Below, piece after piece: positions 11,942-24,400 of a DNA stretch of 64,000 nucleotides (its first letter is position 1; each line of letters begins with the position of its first letter). The stretch spans positions 46,004,001 to 46,068,000 of the forward strand of contig OX597816.1 of the NCBI GenBank assembly GCA_951406725.2. Direction: 5' to 3'. The notes beneath the pieces are model-generated. The model was not told the origin of the DNA, did not search any database, and was given only the letters and a program-made list of their open reading frames with translations. The stretch comes from Octopus vulgaris. Its lineage: Eukaryota. A program made the position numbers and the translations under genes.

Positions 11942-12538
11942 ACCCTTTAGCATTCAGATTACTCGGTCAAATGTAAAGCTTATTTATTCACATTGCTTTG
12001 AATCCATCATTCATTATCTCATAGCTTCAAGATTTCAATAATGTGATTCTTTATTGGTTTCAGTCATTTGACTGCGGCCTTTAGTCGAGCAAATCGACCC
12101 CCAGGGCTTATTCTTTGTAAGCCTAGTACTTATTTTATTGATTTCTCTTGCCGAACCACTAAGTGACACGGACTTAAAGACAACAGCATCAGTTGTCAAG
12201 CGATGTTGTGTGGACAAACACAGACACACAAACATATACATAGATATATACGACGGGCTTCTTTCAGTTTCCATCGACCAAATCCAATCACAAGACTTTG
12301 GTTGGCCCGAGGCTATAGTAGAAGACACTTGCCCAAGGTGCCATGCAGTGGGACTGAACCCAGAACCATGTGGTTGGTATGAAAGCTACTTACCACACAG
12401 TCACTTCTGATTGTTTCTTTTTTTTTGTTTGAATGATACTGTTATACAGGTATAAGAGGCCACATCTGCCCAATTTAAACATAAAGCAGCGAGAATATTT
12501 GAGCCAGATGTTACCAGTTTAAATACTAAAGGATTTAA
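11942..12538. mobile_element. MITE E interrupted by a full SINE A (about 12050-12409, minus)
   Basis: Starts CCCTTTAGCATTCAG. The MITE body resumes at 12409 and ends AATACTAAAGG. Confidence 0.8.
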
Positions 12539-13852
12539 ATTCAAAGTCACTGTCTACATTTTCTTTGTAAACGTTTAATAAATATGTATTGAGTGATCCT
12601 TCAATTTACTAAGTTTTTTTTTTTTTATATAACTGTACAAAAAAGTAAACCATAAATATAAAATATACATAGATATACACACACAAGTACATGTCTTTTT
12701 GCATGTATGTTTATGGGTTTTTTTTCTCTAAAATATCACTGCGCTATGAACAGTGATGTTTCTTAACATTTTCCAATCAACAAATTATCCAGTGGCTCTG
12801 CACTTTTGAAGATGAATGGAATTACAACTCTCATCCTTGTAAAACAGATAACAACCAACAGCAGGAGCCTCCAGTGGTAAAAACAATGTCTCAATGATAG
12901 GTATTCACCTAATCTATGTTTGCATAGAGAAACCAACACAACAACAAATAAACAAAAATAGATTAAATAAAGGATCTCATGCAGTCCCTCTATGGGTCAT
13001 GCCATCTCTGGTGGCCTTCCTTATAAAATATCTATGGCAAGCTAGGCATATTTTGTAACTACACAAAATAAGATAATGATGATAACTGAAATTTGAAAAT
13101 CCTAGAGAAAATGAAACCATGAGGATTGTGCTTGAGACAAGTTTATTTGAGCAATTTGCATTCCATCAGAAGAGAGATTATCAAATGAGAATACCCAAGA
13201 TTTGTAAGAACACTAAGTTTGAAATAATCACAACTAGTTAAACGCAACTCATGTAACTATGAAATATGTAGAGAGCCTTTTGCCGAACCCATCAACTTTA
13301 AGGTTTTCAACCTTTCTGCTGAATTGATAATATATTAAACAAAATTGCTTTTGTTATACAAATATCATCATCTTTGTTGATTTAATGTCTGGTTTCCATA
13401 CTGGACAGTTTGAGAGGAACTGGCAAGCCAGGGGACTTCATCAAGACCCAATATGTGTTTGCATGGATTCTACGGCTGGATGCGCTTCCTAATGCCAGCC
13501 ACTTTACAGGATGCACTGGGCGCATTTTTCAGCACATACCCAGAAAGTTTGGGAGAGGGACCAGTTGATTATATTAATTCCAGTACTTGACTGCTATTTT
13601 CATCAATCTCTAAAGAATGAAAAGCATAGATGACTATAGCAAGATATTAACCCTTTAATTTATCATAATTAGATCTCAGTTAAACTAAATACAATATAGG
13701 TCTTGCTCATTCTATGGTATCCAACAATTTTCGCAATATTCTTCATATAGGGCACACCAAACAACACTGAGATATGATGAAGAGGCATACCAGAAGGAAA
13801 ACTATTTCGGCAGATCCGCATTAGAATATGGTTCCACATTAAAAAAAAAAAA

Positions 13853-14073
13853 ACTCTCTTTACTCTTTTACTTGTTTCAGTCATTTGACTGCGGCCATGC
13901 TGGGGCACCGCCTTTAATCGAGCAACTCGAACCTGGGACTTATTCTTTTGTAAGCCCAGTACTTATTCTATCGACCCCTTTTGCCGAACTGCTAAGTAAC
14001 GGGGACATAAACACACCAGCATCGGTTGTCAAGCAATGCTAGGGGGACAAACACAGACACACAAACACACACA

Positions 14074-14105
<32 letters not shown>

Positions 14106-14269
14106 CGACGGGCTTCTTTCAGTTTTCGTCTACCAAATCCACTCACAAGGCTTTGGCTGGCACGAGACTATAGTAGAAGACACTTGCCCAAGGTGCCACG
14201 CAGTGGGACTGAACCCAGAACCATGTGGTTGGCAAACAAGCTACTTACCACACAGCCACTCCTGCGCCT
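13853..14269 (-). mobile_element. SINE family A, full length
   Basis: Reverse complement of the A consensus, GGCGCAGGAGTGGCTGTGTGG...AAACAAGTAAAAGAG. Confidence 0.9.
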
Positions 14270-15393
14270 ATTAAATTCTTTTATTTTTATCTTTTACTTG
14301 TTCCAATTATTGGACTATGGCCATGCTGGGGTACTGCTGTGAAGAATTTTAGTTGAACAAATCAAATCCAGTCTGGTACTTATTCTTTTAAGTTTGGTAT
14401 TTATTCTATTGATTGATTTTGCTAAACTGTTAAGTTACAGGGATGTAAACAAACTAAAACCAGTTGTGAAGCTGTGGTGGAGATAAACACACACACACAC
14501 ACATATACACACAACAGGCTTCCACACAGTTTCCATCAACCAGATTCACTCAAGGCACTGACCAGTTTGGTGCTATAGCAGAAGACATCCTTCCTACTTA
14601 CTACACAACTCTTTCCATATAGTCAAATGAACTGAACCCAAGGATTAACTCAAGGGAAGTGACAGAACTTCTGGAAAAAAAAAAACAGAATAAGAACAAC
14701 ATTGATAAAAATATCAGGTGCTGAATGGGAAGCTGTGGCTATGATGCTGTCCTTGCAGGTGTTAGTAATTAAAATGCAAACTGTTTATAACAACAAAAAA
14801 TTCTCTATCCACCGCCACTGCCGCCGCCATCATGAAAGAGGGCTTATTTGTTGTAGAAAGCAAGGTAGTTATTAATTAGCCTTATCGAGACTCATTCATA
14901 ATTTCAGGCCCTAAAAAAAAGTATAGAAAATGCGGGGGGGGGGGTTAAATAAATACCCCTTGATGGAGGAGGTGTGCGGACAAAGAAGCTAGAAGACAAT
15001 GATAGGACATGGGGGAGAGGTATTGGAGAAGGCATAACAAGGCAGCAAGAAAAACTAGGGTAGATGATAAGAACAGCGGAGAAGCGGAGAGGGGAGACTA
15101 CTGACAACTATCCGCGACAAAGCTTCTCATGCATAACTCCCTGGAACACCCTCAAACACTACTAGCACCACCACCAGCAGCGCGATCAGCACCACCCTAA
15201 TTTTGGCACAAGAAGCCAGTGCTATTCATTGTCATACTTCTCCCTCCCTCTACGCTTCTGGGGTGGGAGAAGTAGTAGTGCACAGTTGAAGACAGAGGAG
15301 CATGTGTATACACACACACACACACACATTCTGCGATCACTCTCTCTCTCTCTCTCCCCTAAATAAGTAAGAAGAGGAAAACTGAAAAAGGAG

Positions 15394-15407
15394 GTAGCCA
15401 TGGCAAC
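15394..15407. promoter_or_regulatory. RFX X-box GTAGCCATGGCAAC
   Basis: Exact fit to GTNRCC(N0-3)RGYAAC. Confidence 0.45.
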
Positions 15408-15741
15408 AGAGACAGACAGTAGCATGTGCTCACATTTGCAATAGGGAATATGTACGCACCACGCTCTGAAGATGTAGAGGCACACACAGACACAAAGATA
15501 TACTCTCACACACACACACACACACGCACACAAACAAACATACACACTCGCTATACATGTGGTATATGTATGTATACAAGAAACATCCAGCATCAGGAAG
15601 ATCACACTTACAGATAATAGTAACACATCAATATACCAGCAAGCACACACATACACACACACACACACAAACATGTACACACATAGAAACAAAGAATTTT
15701 TCTAAAAATTTATCTTCACATTAGAATACAATAAAGATTTT

Positions 15742-15786
<45 letters not shown>

Positions 15787-15827
15787 CAGCCTGAGAATGG
15801 AAGCTGGAGACAAGGAGGTGAGGAAGA

Positions 15828-15858
<31 letters not shown>

Positions 15859-15932
15859 AGTCGCTTCCTATGCCTGTTCAGCTATTGACTAACAAACACA
15901 CCATCTGACCAGTCTCATTATTCTGCTGCACT

Positions 15933-15946
15933 GTTGCCATGGTGAT
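15933..15946. promoter_or_regulatory. RFX X-box-like GTTGCCATGGTGAT
   Basis: Perfect GTTGCCATGG half-site with a degenerate second half. Confidence 0.4.
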
Positions 15947-16181
15947 GTCTAGCTGCAAAGTTGTTGCTAAAGCAAGCACTAACCGCTTTTACCTACGCCT
16001 TACCTCCATCGCCCCCCCCCCTACACACGCACATACACACACACACACACACACACGCACGCACAGCACATCACATCAGCACCACTGCCGACTTCAAACC
16101 CTGTTCACCCACCCCGCCATTTCTCTGGAGTGGCAATATAACAGTTATAGTAATAATGGTTGTCTGTCAGTCTGTCTTGTG

Positions 16182-16217
<36 letters not shown>

Positions 16218-16305
16218 ACGGCACTGAAATTACTGTCACTTACAAGATACTATGATGAACAAAACAAAAAAAAAGAAACTATTGTCAGAACTCTGAAATT
16301 GAGGG

Positions 16306-16338
<33 letters not shown>

Positions 16339-17273
16339 ATATTCCCAGTCGTTCATCATGAATGCCCCCACCCACTCCCATCCCAATACACACTCTCCAA
16401 GACTCAAGCACTCAGTGGCAATCAAAACAAATTAAATAAATAAATTAATGAGTGTAGAGGAAAGAACCCTTCAGTTTTCTTTACCGCCAGGGACAGTGGA
16501 GGGTGGCACATGGTTGATGAGATGACAATTATGATGCTGATGATGATTATGATCATCATCATCACAATCACCATTACTAATAATATTTACATGACCACTA
16601 TCGTTATCATCATCATCATCATCATCAATGAAGTCAATTTCACAAGCCAACAAGAGATTCTCTATGCGTATACCTGACCTACTAGAAACAGCAGCTCTAT
16701 CTCTCACAAATCACACCTTCCTACAATCTTTAAAAAAAAAAATTTTAAATAAAAACACACTGGATAAAGTGAGCCAAGATACACAGTCTAAGACCATGTG
16801 ATGGTCATGGTTGGAAAGTTTTATGATCACAGTTTACCTGTGTTTAAACAACAACAAAGTCACTTTCAACCAATATCGTTCATACCCTTGTGGCGTGTGT
16901 ACAGGTGGGGGTGGGGGATATTGATTATTCCAAAGACTATAAACTCTACATCCAAATTATTCACCAGTGTGTTTATTTACACACCTCAATGTTACACCAC
17001 ATCACTGAAGAGACAACATCAGAGGATCTGCATGGTCGGTCAACCTACGAGAAATATCAAGCAGCTTCCTTCAAATACACCTTACAATTCGTAAAAGAAA
17101 AGAAAAATAAAAACACACTTTGCATTCATATATATCATTATCAGCAGCATTTGATGTCCACTTTTCCATGCTGGCACAAGTTGTTCAGTGTGTCTAAAGC
17201 AATGCTTTTAAATCCTAATGCCCATCTAGTTGCCTTTCATTATACACAAGGATGCAGCATAACTTTTCTATAA

Positions 17274-17426
17274 CAGAAATCGGCAACCTTTCTTGAGAAG
17301 TGGGCCACATGAGACATGGTTTGTTATCAGGCAAGCTGCACTACTAAACAAAAAAAAAAATCATGGTAATTTTTCATTAGGCATGTCATTCAGAAAGTCC
17401 CACAGGCTGTAGGTTGCCTATGACTA
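17274..17426. mobile_element. Old hAT/Charlie-type MITE
   Basis: Termini CAGAAATCGGCAACCT ... AGGTTGCCTATGACTA, with an internal GGGCCACAT. Confidence 0.55.
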
Positions 17427-18000
17427 TCCTAAATGATGCAGTTGAGGCCATCCATCTCAATGCTCTATCCTCAAGAAAATCCATCAATGTAATCAAATGA
17501 AACCCTTAATGATATTTTGTTCTCTTATATAAGACAATGCAGCTGCTATGCACACAAACATTTCTGATGGCACCTAAAAAAAAATAGGCACTCTCTCTGT
17601 TTCTAATCAGTATTTCATTGATCATCATTTAACATCTGCTCTCCATGCTGGCATGGGTTAGACGGTTTGACTGAAGCTAAAAAGCCGGAGAGCTGCATCT
17701 GGTTCCAGTCTGATTTGGCATAGTTTTTACGGCTGGATGCCCTTCCTAACACCTACCACTCGAGGAGTGTAATGAGTGCTTTTACATGTCACCAGCACAG
17801 GTACCATTTTCATGATGCTAGCAACAACCACGACTACGATGCCATTTACATACCACCAGTAGCAATCATGCAACTATAATATACTACCAAATATATTAAA
17901 GGCTTATATGTCAACACTGTGTTCCACTTGTGTTAGCAATGCATATACACCCATTACCTACTTTTCTATCTTCAATCACCTTGTTTACACAGACATATTC

Positions 18001-18484
18001 ATCATCATCATCATTTAACGTCCGCTTTCCATGCTAGTATGGGTTGGACAATTTGAATGAAGTCTGGCGAACCAGATGGCTGCATCAGACTCCAATATGA
18101 TCTGGCAGAGGTTCTACAGTTGGATACCCTTCCTAACGCCAACCACTCCGAGAGTGTAGTGGGTGCTTTTACGAGCCACCGGCACGAGGGCCAGTCAGGC
18201 AGTGCTGGCAACGGCCACGCTTAAATGGTGCTTTTTATGTGTCACCTGCACAGGAGCCAGTCCAGCAGCAATGGCAACGACCTCGCTCAAATGTTTTTAC
18301 ACATGCCACCAGCACGAGTGCCATTATGACGACGCAGGTAACGATCACGTTCAAAAGGTGCTTTTTACATGCTACTGGCATGGAGGCCAGTTTGTTGCTC
18401 TGGCAACGATCACACTCGTATAGTACTCTTGGCGCTCCACTAGCATGGATGCCAGTCATCGAATTTTATTTCAATTTCGATTTC
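18001..18484 (-). mobile_element. Retroposon family C, long copy with 5 internal units of about 65 bp
   Basis: (CAT)n tail at left, tandem diverged GGTGCTTTTTACRTGCCACC units, and a TTTCAATTTCGATTTC end. Confidence 0.9.
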
Positions 18485-20506
18485 ATATACAAATGTAACT
18501 TCCAGTGCTGGCTCTAGTTCCTATAAAAAATTATGTAAAGATAACTTTAAGAAGACATCATTTTGATGTCCTTTTCTTTGCTTGCATGGGGAGGATGGGA
18601 TTTCTTGAAGTAGACTTTCAAAAAAAGATTGCCCTTCCTGTCACCAATCCTTACCTCTTTCCAATAGATAAATCTTTGTCAGAGTATTTCAGTGCAGCGA
18701 GAAATAAAAAGCTAATTAGAAATAATTATATGAAGCAAAGACAATATTAGTCAATGATTAATACTATAATTATTCCAGCAAGTATGAAATAATTCTAGAA
18801 ATGTTTTGGTCTTACTGGTCTTCCTCAGTGAAGTATACTCTCCACGGTTCTTGCTGAAATAACTAGAGAATCACTATCAGAATAATTTTAAATATTTGTC
18901 ATAAACTAATATCAGCTAAACCAGGTTTGCTTTCCAAAAACCTTCACTATAACATGGTCCTCAAAAGAAAATTCAGACAAGTGGTAACTCTACCCTAAAA
19001 TGGACTGACTCCTTGAGCAACTATGCAAAGTGCAAGATTATCCGAATGCAAAATAATAAAAGAAGTTAAATGATCAAATACAGAATGTATCAGGCTATTT
19101 GCTCATAGAACAAGTGTTCAAATCCATTGCAAATGTTTTTATTTTGTTGTTGGAGTAGAATGAACGCTTATTTCTATCACATCTCACTTCTCATATTTGC
19201 TACAGCTAATCAGTAACAGAATTAATTATGCAAAGTGAAACATCTGATTACATTATTGCACTTGTACTAATTGAAGATTATCATAAATATTTGATTATAT
19301 ATCCTTTTAGATTCTCAGTTCAAATCCCATCAAGGGCAACTTTGCTTTTCATCTTTTTGGGGGTTAATAAAATAATACTAATATGTTGGCATCACCCATG
19401 ATCAACTATTGCTCTCTCTCTCCCCCAAATTCATCACTGCCCTTGTGGCCAATAAAACATTATTAGTTTTATTCTAGCAGTGAATTGGTATTATTGCTGT
19501 AGCATCAGACAAAATGCTTTATGGCCCTTTACATTTATAATTCAAATTCAATCAAGTTTAACTTAGCCTTTCATCTCTCTGGAATCAATAAAGTACCAGT
19601 CAAATACTGGGGTTGACGCACTTGACTAACTTGCATCATACCTTGTCCTTAAATGAGGAATAAAAAAAATTAAAAAAATTATCGTTGTTGCTTCAACAAT
19701 AGTTCTTTCAAGAGAAAGTGGATGAGCATTTAGCTGGATTAAAAGTCATACTGCATTTTGTTACATCTCTTTAAATTATGTGTTCAAATCCCACAGGCTG
19801 AGCGCCATTTTATTCTTCCAGGTTTGATAAAATAGAGAATCAGTCAAGTACTATGGCTGAGCTAATTAACTCAAGCCTTCCCTGCAAGATAGAATGAGTC
19901 AATGTAATGTACTGTGTGCTGATATTAAAAATCATCCTTGCTCTTTTTATTACTGAGTGCCTTGTTATCACTGATTGCTTCTTTGCTCATGTGTATGTAT
20001 GTGTGTATATATATATATATAAACAAACACAATCATGACAGTCCTCAAGTGTCACATTAATACCATGCTAGGGATTGGCTACACAAGCACTTTCTGTATT
20101 ATATGGATACTGTGAAGTAAGCCAGTCTCCTAATACTGTTTAATCTTGGAAACATAAAAGATTTTCAACACACATACATTGTGTATTAATTTCATTCATC
20201 ATCCACTATCATTTAATGTCCATTTTTCCATGCTTACATGGGTTGGACAGAATTTGTTGAGAGAGATTTTCTATGACCAGGTGCCCTTCATTGACAAGCA
20301 CTTTATTTTATCAGCCCCAAAAGGATGGAAGATTAAATTGACCTCTATCAGATTTGAACTCCAAATATAAAGATCCAGAATATATAGTGCATGGTATTTT
20401 TTTCTGGTGCTTTAACAATTCTGCCAATCCACCGTCAAAATAATAATGACGGCTTCTGATTTAGGCACAAGACCAGCAATTTTTAGGAGAGAAGTCTTGT
20501 CAATAC

Positions 20507-20934
20507 CATACAATATAATACCTATTTCTTTACTACCCACAAGGGGCTAAACACAGAGAGGACAAACAAGGACAGCCAAACAGATTAAGTCGATTATATC
20601 GACCACAGTGCGTAACTGGTACTTATTTAATCAACCCTGAAAGGATGAAAGGCAAAGTCAACCTCGGCGGAATTTGAACTCAGAACGTAACGGCAGACGA
20701 AATACCGCTTAGCATACAATATAATACCTATTTCTTTATTACCCACAAGGGGCTAAACACAGAGGGAACAAACAAGGACAGACATAGGTATTAAGTCGAT
20801 TACATCGACCCCAGTTCGTAACTGGTACTTAATTTATCGACCCCGAAAGGATGAAAGGCAAAGTCGACCTCGGCGGAATTTGAACTCAGAACATAGCGGC
20901 AGACGAAATACCGCTTAGCATACAATATAATACC
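20507..20934 (-). mobile_element. Tandem pair of 5'-truncated SINE B copies with a triplicated 16-bp TSD
   Basis: CATACAATATAATACC at 20507, 20713 and 20919 (period 206). Confidence 0.9.
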
Positions 20935-21489
20935 ATCAACCCTAGCACTGGGCTGGTGCTTCATTTTATTGACTTTGAAAGGATGAAAGACAAAATTAAA
21001 CTTGGTTGGATTTGAAGTCAAAATGTAAAGAACTGAAACAAGTATTACAAAGCACTTTTATCAATGATCTAGCAATTCTGCCAGCCCACTACATTAACCA
21101 CCCTTATAACAAACATTGTTCATAATACAGGTACAAAGCCACAAATTTGCAGGGAGGGGTTAGTCAAACTGAGCGCAATACTTTCAACTGGTACTTTATT
21201 TTATCACCCCTGAAAGGACAAAAGGCAAAGTTAACCTCAGCAGGAAGTGAGCCTAGAATGTTAAGAACCAGTACTAAAAGCACAAAATAATTGATTACAA
21301 AATTAGTATTGTACACTAAAATTTTACTTTACACTTACAGCTAGTAGAGGTGGCTAGTAGAGGATTGTACCAAAGTAGTCAAAATTTAACTGCTGCAGTA
21401 AATATTTGCAAGCAGTGCTTTCATAGAATACAGCAAATGTCAATTCTGTACTTTACTAATACACAAGGCTTAATATGTGATTGAGGATC

Positions 21490-21843
21490 AGAATCGAAAT
21501 CGATCAATGGAAATTGCAGATGTGTTACCAGTGCCGGTGGCATGTAAGAGAACCAACCGTTCGCGACCGTTGCCAGCGCCGCCCCGACTGGCCTCATGCC
21601 GGTGGCACATAAAAAGCACCATCTGTTCATGGCCGTTTGCCAGCTCTGTCTGGCACCTGTGCGGGTGGCACATAAAAAGCACCCACTACACTCACGGAGT
21701 GGTTGGCATTAGGAAGGGCATCCAGCCGTAGAAACACTGCCAGATCTGACTGGGCCTGATGAAGCCTTCTGGCTTCACAAACCCCAGTTGAACCGTCCAA
21801 CCCATGCTAGCATGGAAAATAGACGATGATGATGATAATGATG
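21490..21843 (+). mobile_element. Retroposon family C (second subfamily)
   Basis: Starts GAATCGAAATCGATC, has 3 units and a CCCCAGTTGAACCGTCC variant tail. Confidence 0.85.
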
Positions 21844-22781
21844 AAAAGTACTCACATTCTATCAAACTTGAAAGAAAAAAGTAACTTTAGGATAAGTTGA
21901 AACTTATAGCCAAAAAAAAAAAAAAAGAAAAAAAACAGATTTGATGAACCACTAAGAATTCACAAAATAAACAAATATGATAAAAATTCATGATAGGTGT
22001 AAATTTTAGTTCTTTCATCAAAGAAAGAAAATATATATATAAAAAAAAAAATTAACATTTTGTCGAGAGCAAAATCAACTGAAAAATAGCTACACCCAAA
22101 TTCTTTCATTTAACAGGCATTATATGCCTCTCCCCAGCATTTTACCATATAAACAGTGTAAAGATTTAAGGTCAGAATACTTATAACAGACAGCTATGGT
22201 TAATACTGTCAACAGCTCTGATTTTCTAAAGTTTAACGTATTGTCAACACTGTTTTATTGCCCAATTTGCCTTGCTTGCATGGGTCAGATGGAATTTGTT
22301 GAAGCAGATTTTCTGTGGTTGGATGCCCTTCTTGTCACCAAAGGTATTTTCCTCCATGGTAAGACGTTTCCACAAAAGATTGGAAATTAACACCACTACA
22401 TGTATGATGTCATACACCCACACACATCGTCAGTAGTTCATATATCCAAAAAAGAAGCACACTATAGCAGTAATGTATATTTTGTAGGAAGTTATGGACG
22501 GTCACAGAGTAACCATTGGTTTTGACAAGTTGCCCATACCGCTAAGCACTTTATAGGTGTGATACCAATGGTCATTCTATGGACGGCCATGCTTTTTAAC
22601 ATCCTAAAAACAAATATATACACACACATACACACAGTGAACCTGAGGTTATAGTAGAAAAAAAAAAAGCATTTGCCCGAGGAGCTGTGCAGAGGAACCA
22701 ACCCAAATCCATGTGGCTGGGAAGCAAATGTTTTTAACATATTCACAAGTAATATTTATAAGTAGGAGGAGAATGAATGAT

Positions 22782-23180
22782 TTAACCTTTTAGCATTCAG
22801 ATAACTCTGTCAAATGTTATGCTTGTAAAAAGCACCATTTGAGCATGATCGTCACCAGCGTCGCCTTACTGGCACTTGTGCCAGTGGAATTTGGAAAAAC
22901 AATCGAGCGAGGTCCTTGCCAGTGCTGCTGGACTGGCTCCTGTGCAGGTGGCACATAAAAAACACCATTTGAGCATGGCCATTGCCAGAACCGCCTGACT
23001 GGCACTCGTGCTGGTGGCACATAAAAGCACCCACTACATTCTCAGAGTGGTTGGCGTTAGGAAGGACATCCAGCTGTAGAAACTCTTCCAGATCAAGAAT
23101 GGAGCCTGGTGCAGCCATCTGGTTCGCCAGTCCTCAGTCAAATCGTCCAATCCATGCTAGCATGGAAAGGGACGTTAAAC

Positions 23181-23217
<37 letters not shown>

Positions 23218-23427
23218 GTCTTGAATTAATCACACACTATCTCATAGCTTCAATATTTCAATGTGATAGTTAATTTTTAAAATAACAGTGTATGATAGGT
23301 GTGAGAGGCCAGATCTGGATGATAAGAACATAAAACCAAATAGGGTCTATTTTTAGAAGTTGGTCTGAACATAAAACAGGTAGAATATTTAGGCCAGATA
23401 CGGTCAGTTTAAATACTAAAGGTTTAA
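22782..23427. mobile_element. MITE E interrupted by family C (about 22822-23216, plus)
   Basis: Starts TTAACCTTTTAGCATTCAG and ends AATACTAAAGGTTTAA. Confidence 0.8.
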
Positions 23428-23664
23428 CCCTTTCATTACTGTATTTATTTTGTGATGCTCTGTGTTTCTTTCAATTACTTTAAATATAACAAAGAATTTA
23501 GTAAAATAACTTAGTAAAATAACTTAGTTATCATTCAGCTAGTCTTAGGAACATTAATTGTGACTAAGGTTTGGTGGAAGATTTTAATTCAAAACTTATG
23601 AAAACAAGACATTTGTACTCAGAGCCAGAGCTGGTCTCAGCTGGGTTGGTAACGAAATGGTTAA
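23424..23664. mobile_element. piggyBac-type MITE family F
   Basis: TTAA-CCCTTTCATTAC ... GTAACGAAATGG-TTAA. It is the reverse complement of 39344-39566. Confidence 0.85.
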
Positions 23665-24171
23665 ATAATGCTCAAGAGTATTTATCACCAACTGTCCTGC
23701 TAAGAGCTTCTTCATTACAAAATTTACATACACCAAACTCACCTAGACATGGTTTTATTCCTATCAGTATAATCATCTAAAAATATCACTATTGCTTCAT
23801 GGCTGAGCTGCTAGTATCAAGAAGGGCATCCAACTGTTAAAAATACAAGCTACATTAATTCACTTACTAATAATAAGCATTTAAGGAAAACAATAAAAAC
23901 TTTAAAAAGAGCATTAATGCAAGCTCAATGTTAACTGGCTAAACAATAATTAGCTAGAGTAATTATGTTATTACCAGTGTTCAATTTGGAGGCTTAAAAG
24001 GGTTAACTTATCGATAAGATCCATTTAGTGTTGCAACATGTTGAAAATTAAACTAAATAATTACAACGATGTTAAGGTGATAATATTTGAAAACAAAATA
24101 CTGCAACTTCAAGTAGCAATAAAATAAACCAAAGTTAATTTCCTGCTTTCCTTATATATATCTATATATCT

Positions 24172-24400
24172 ATATGCTTTATTTTAAGCAGCAGAAAATT
24201 CAACAAAATCTGTTACTCTGAGTTTCTCGTTGCCGTTCATCAGACAGTTTTTGCTAACTGTCTGATGAACGGCAACGAGAAACTCAGAGTAACAGATTTT
24301 GTTGAATTTTCTGCTGCTTAAAATAAAGCATATTACTCCACCACTGGTATTTGAGTACTCTTTTTTTCCACCTTGTTTCACATTTATGTGTTTACTCCGG
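24172..24400. mobile_element. Penelope-like terminal fragment forming a perfect 78-bp inverted repeat
   Basis: Arms 24172-24249 and 24256-24333 are exact reverse complements with a TTTGCT loop. It sits in a TA-rich microsatellite. Confidence 0.75.
24258..24295 (+). ncRNA. Minimal type I hammerhead ribozyme-like motif (also on minus at 24210-24247)
   Basis: ctgt-CTGATGA-a-cg-GCAA-cg-a-GAAA-CTC-a-GAG-TA-acag: intact core, palindromic stem III, GUA triplet and a 4-bp stem I. Confidence 0.6.

Larger units (their letters stand above)
14700..16300 (-). promoter_or_regulatory. Candidate internal promoter/enhancer region
   Basis: About 2 kb without SINEs, with retained CpGs, X-box motifs at 15394-15407 and 15933-15946, and a donor-like GAG|GTAAGG at 16004/16003. 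Confidence 0.4.

Noticed and set aside
13669-13908. 79-aa ORF
   Set aside because: It starts within a SINE tail and has no recognisable homology or splice sites.
15186-15196. TCAGCACCAC RE1/REST-like half-site (also near 16076)
   Set aside because: Only the left half is present, which is expected by chance.
16471-16707. 78-aa Asp/His-rich ORF
   Set aside because: It is built from (GAT)n repeats, and its start lies in an old repeat also seen near 58250 and 60410.
18160-18450. CRISPR-like repeat/spacer pattern
   Set aside because: The apparent spacers are homologous to each other, so these are whole diverged units of about 65 bp inside a retroposon. The context is eukaryotic and there are no cas genes.
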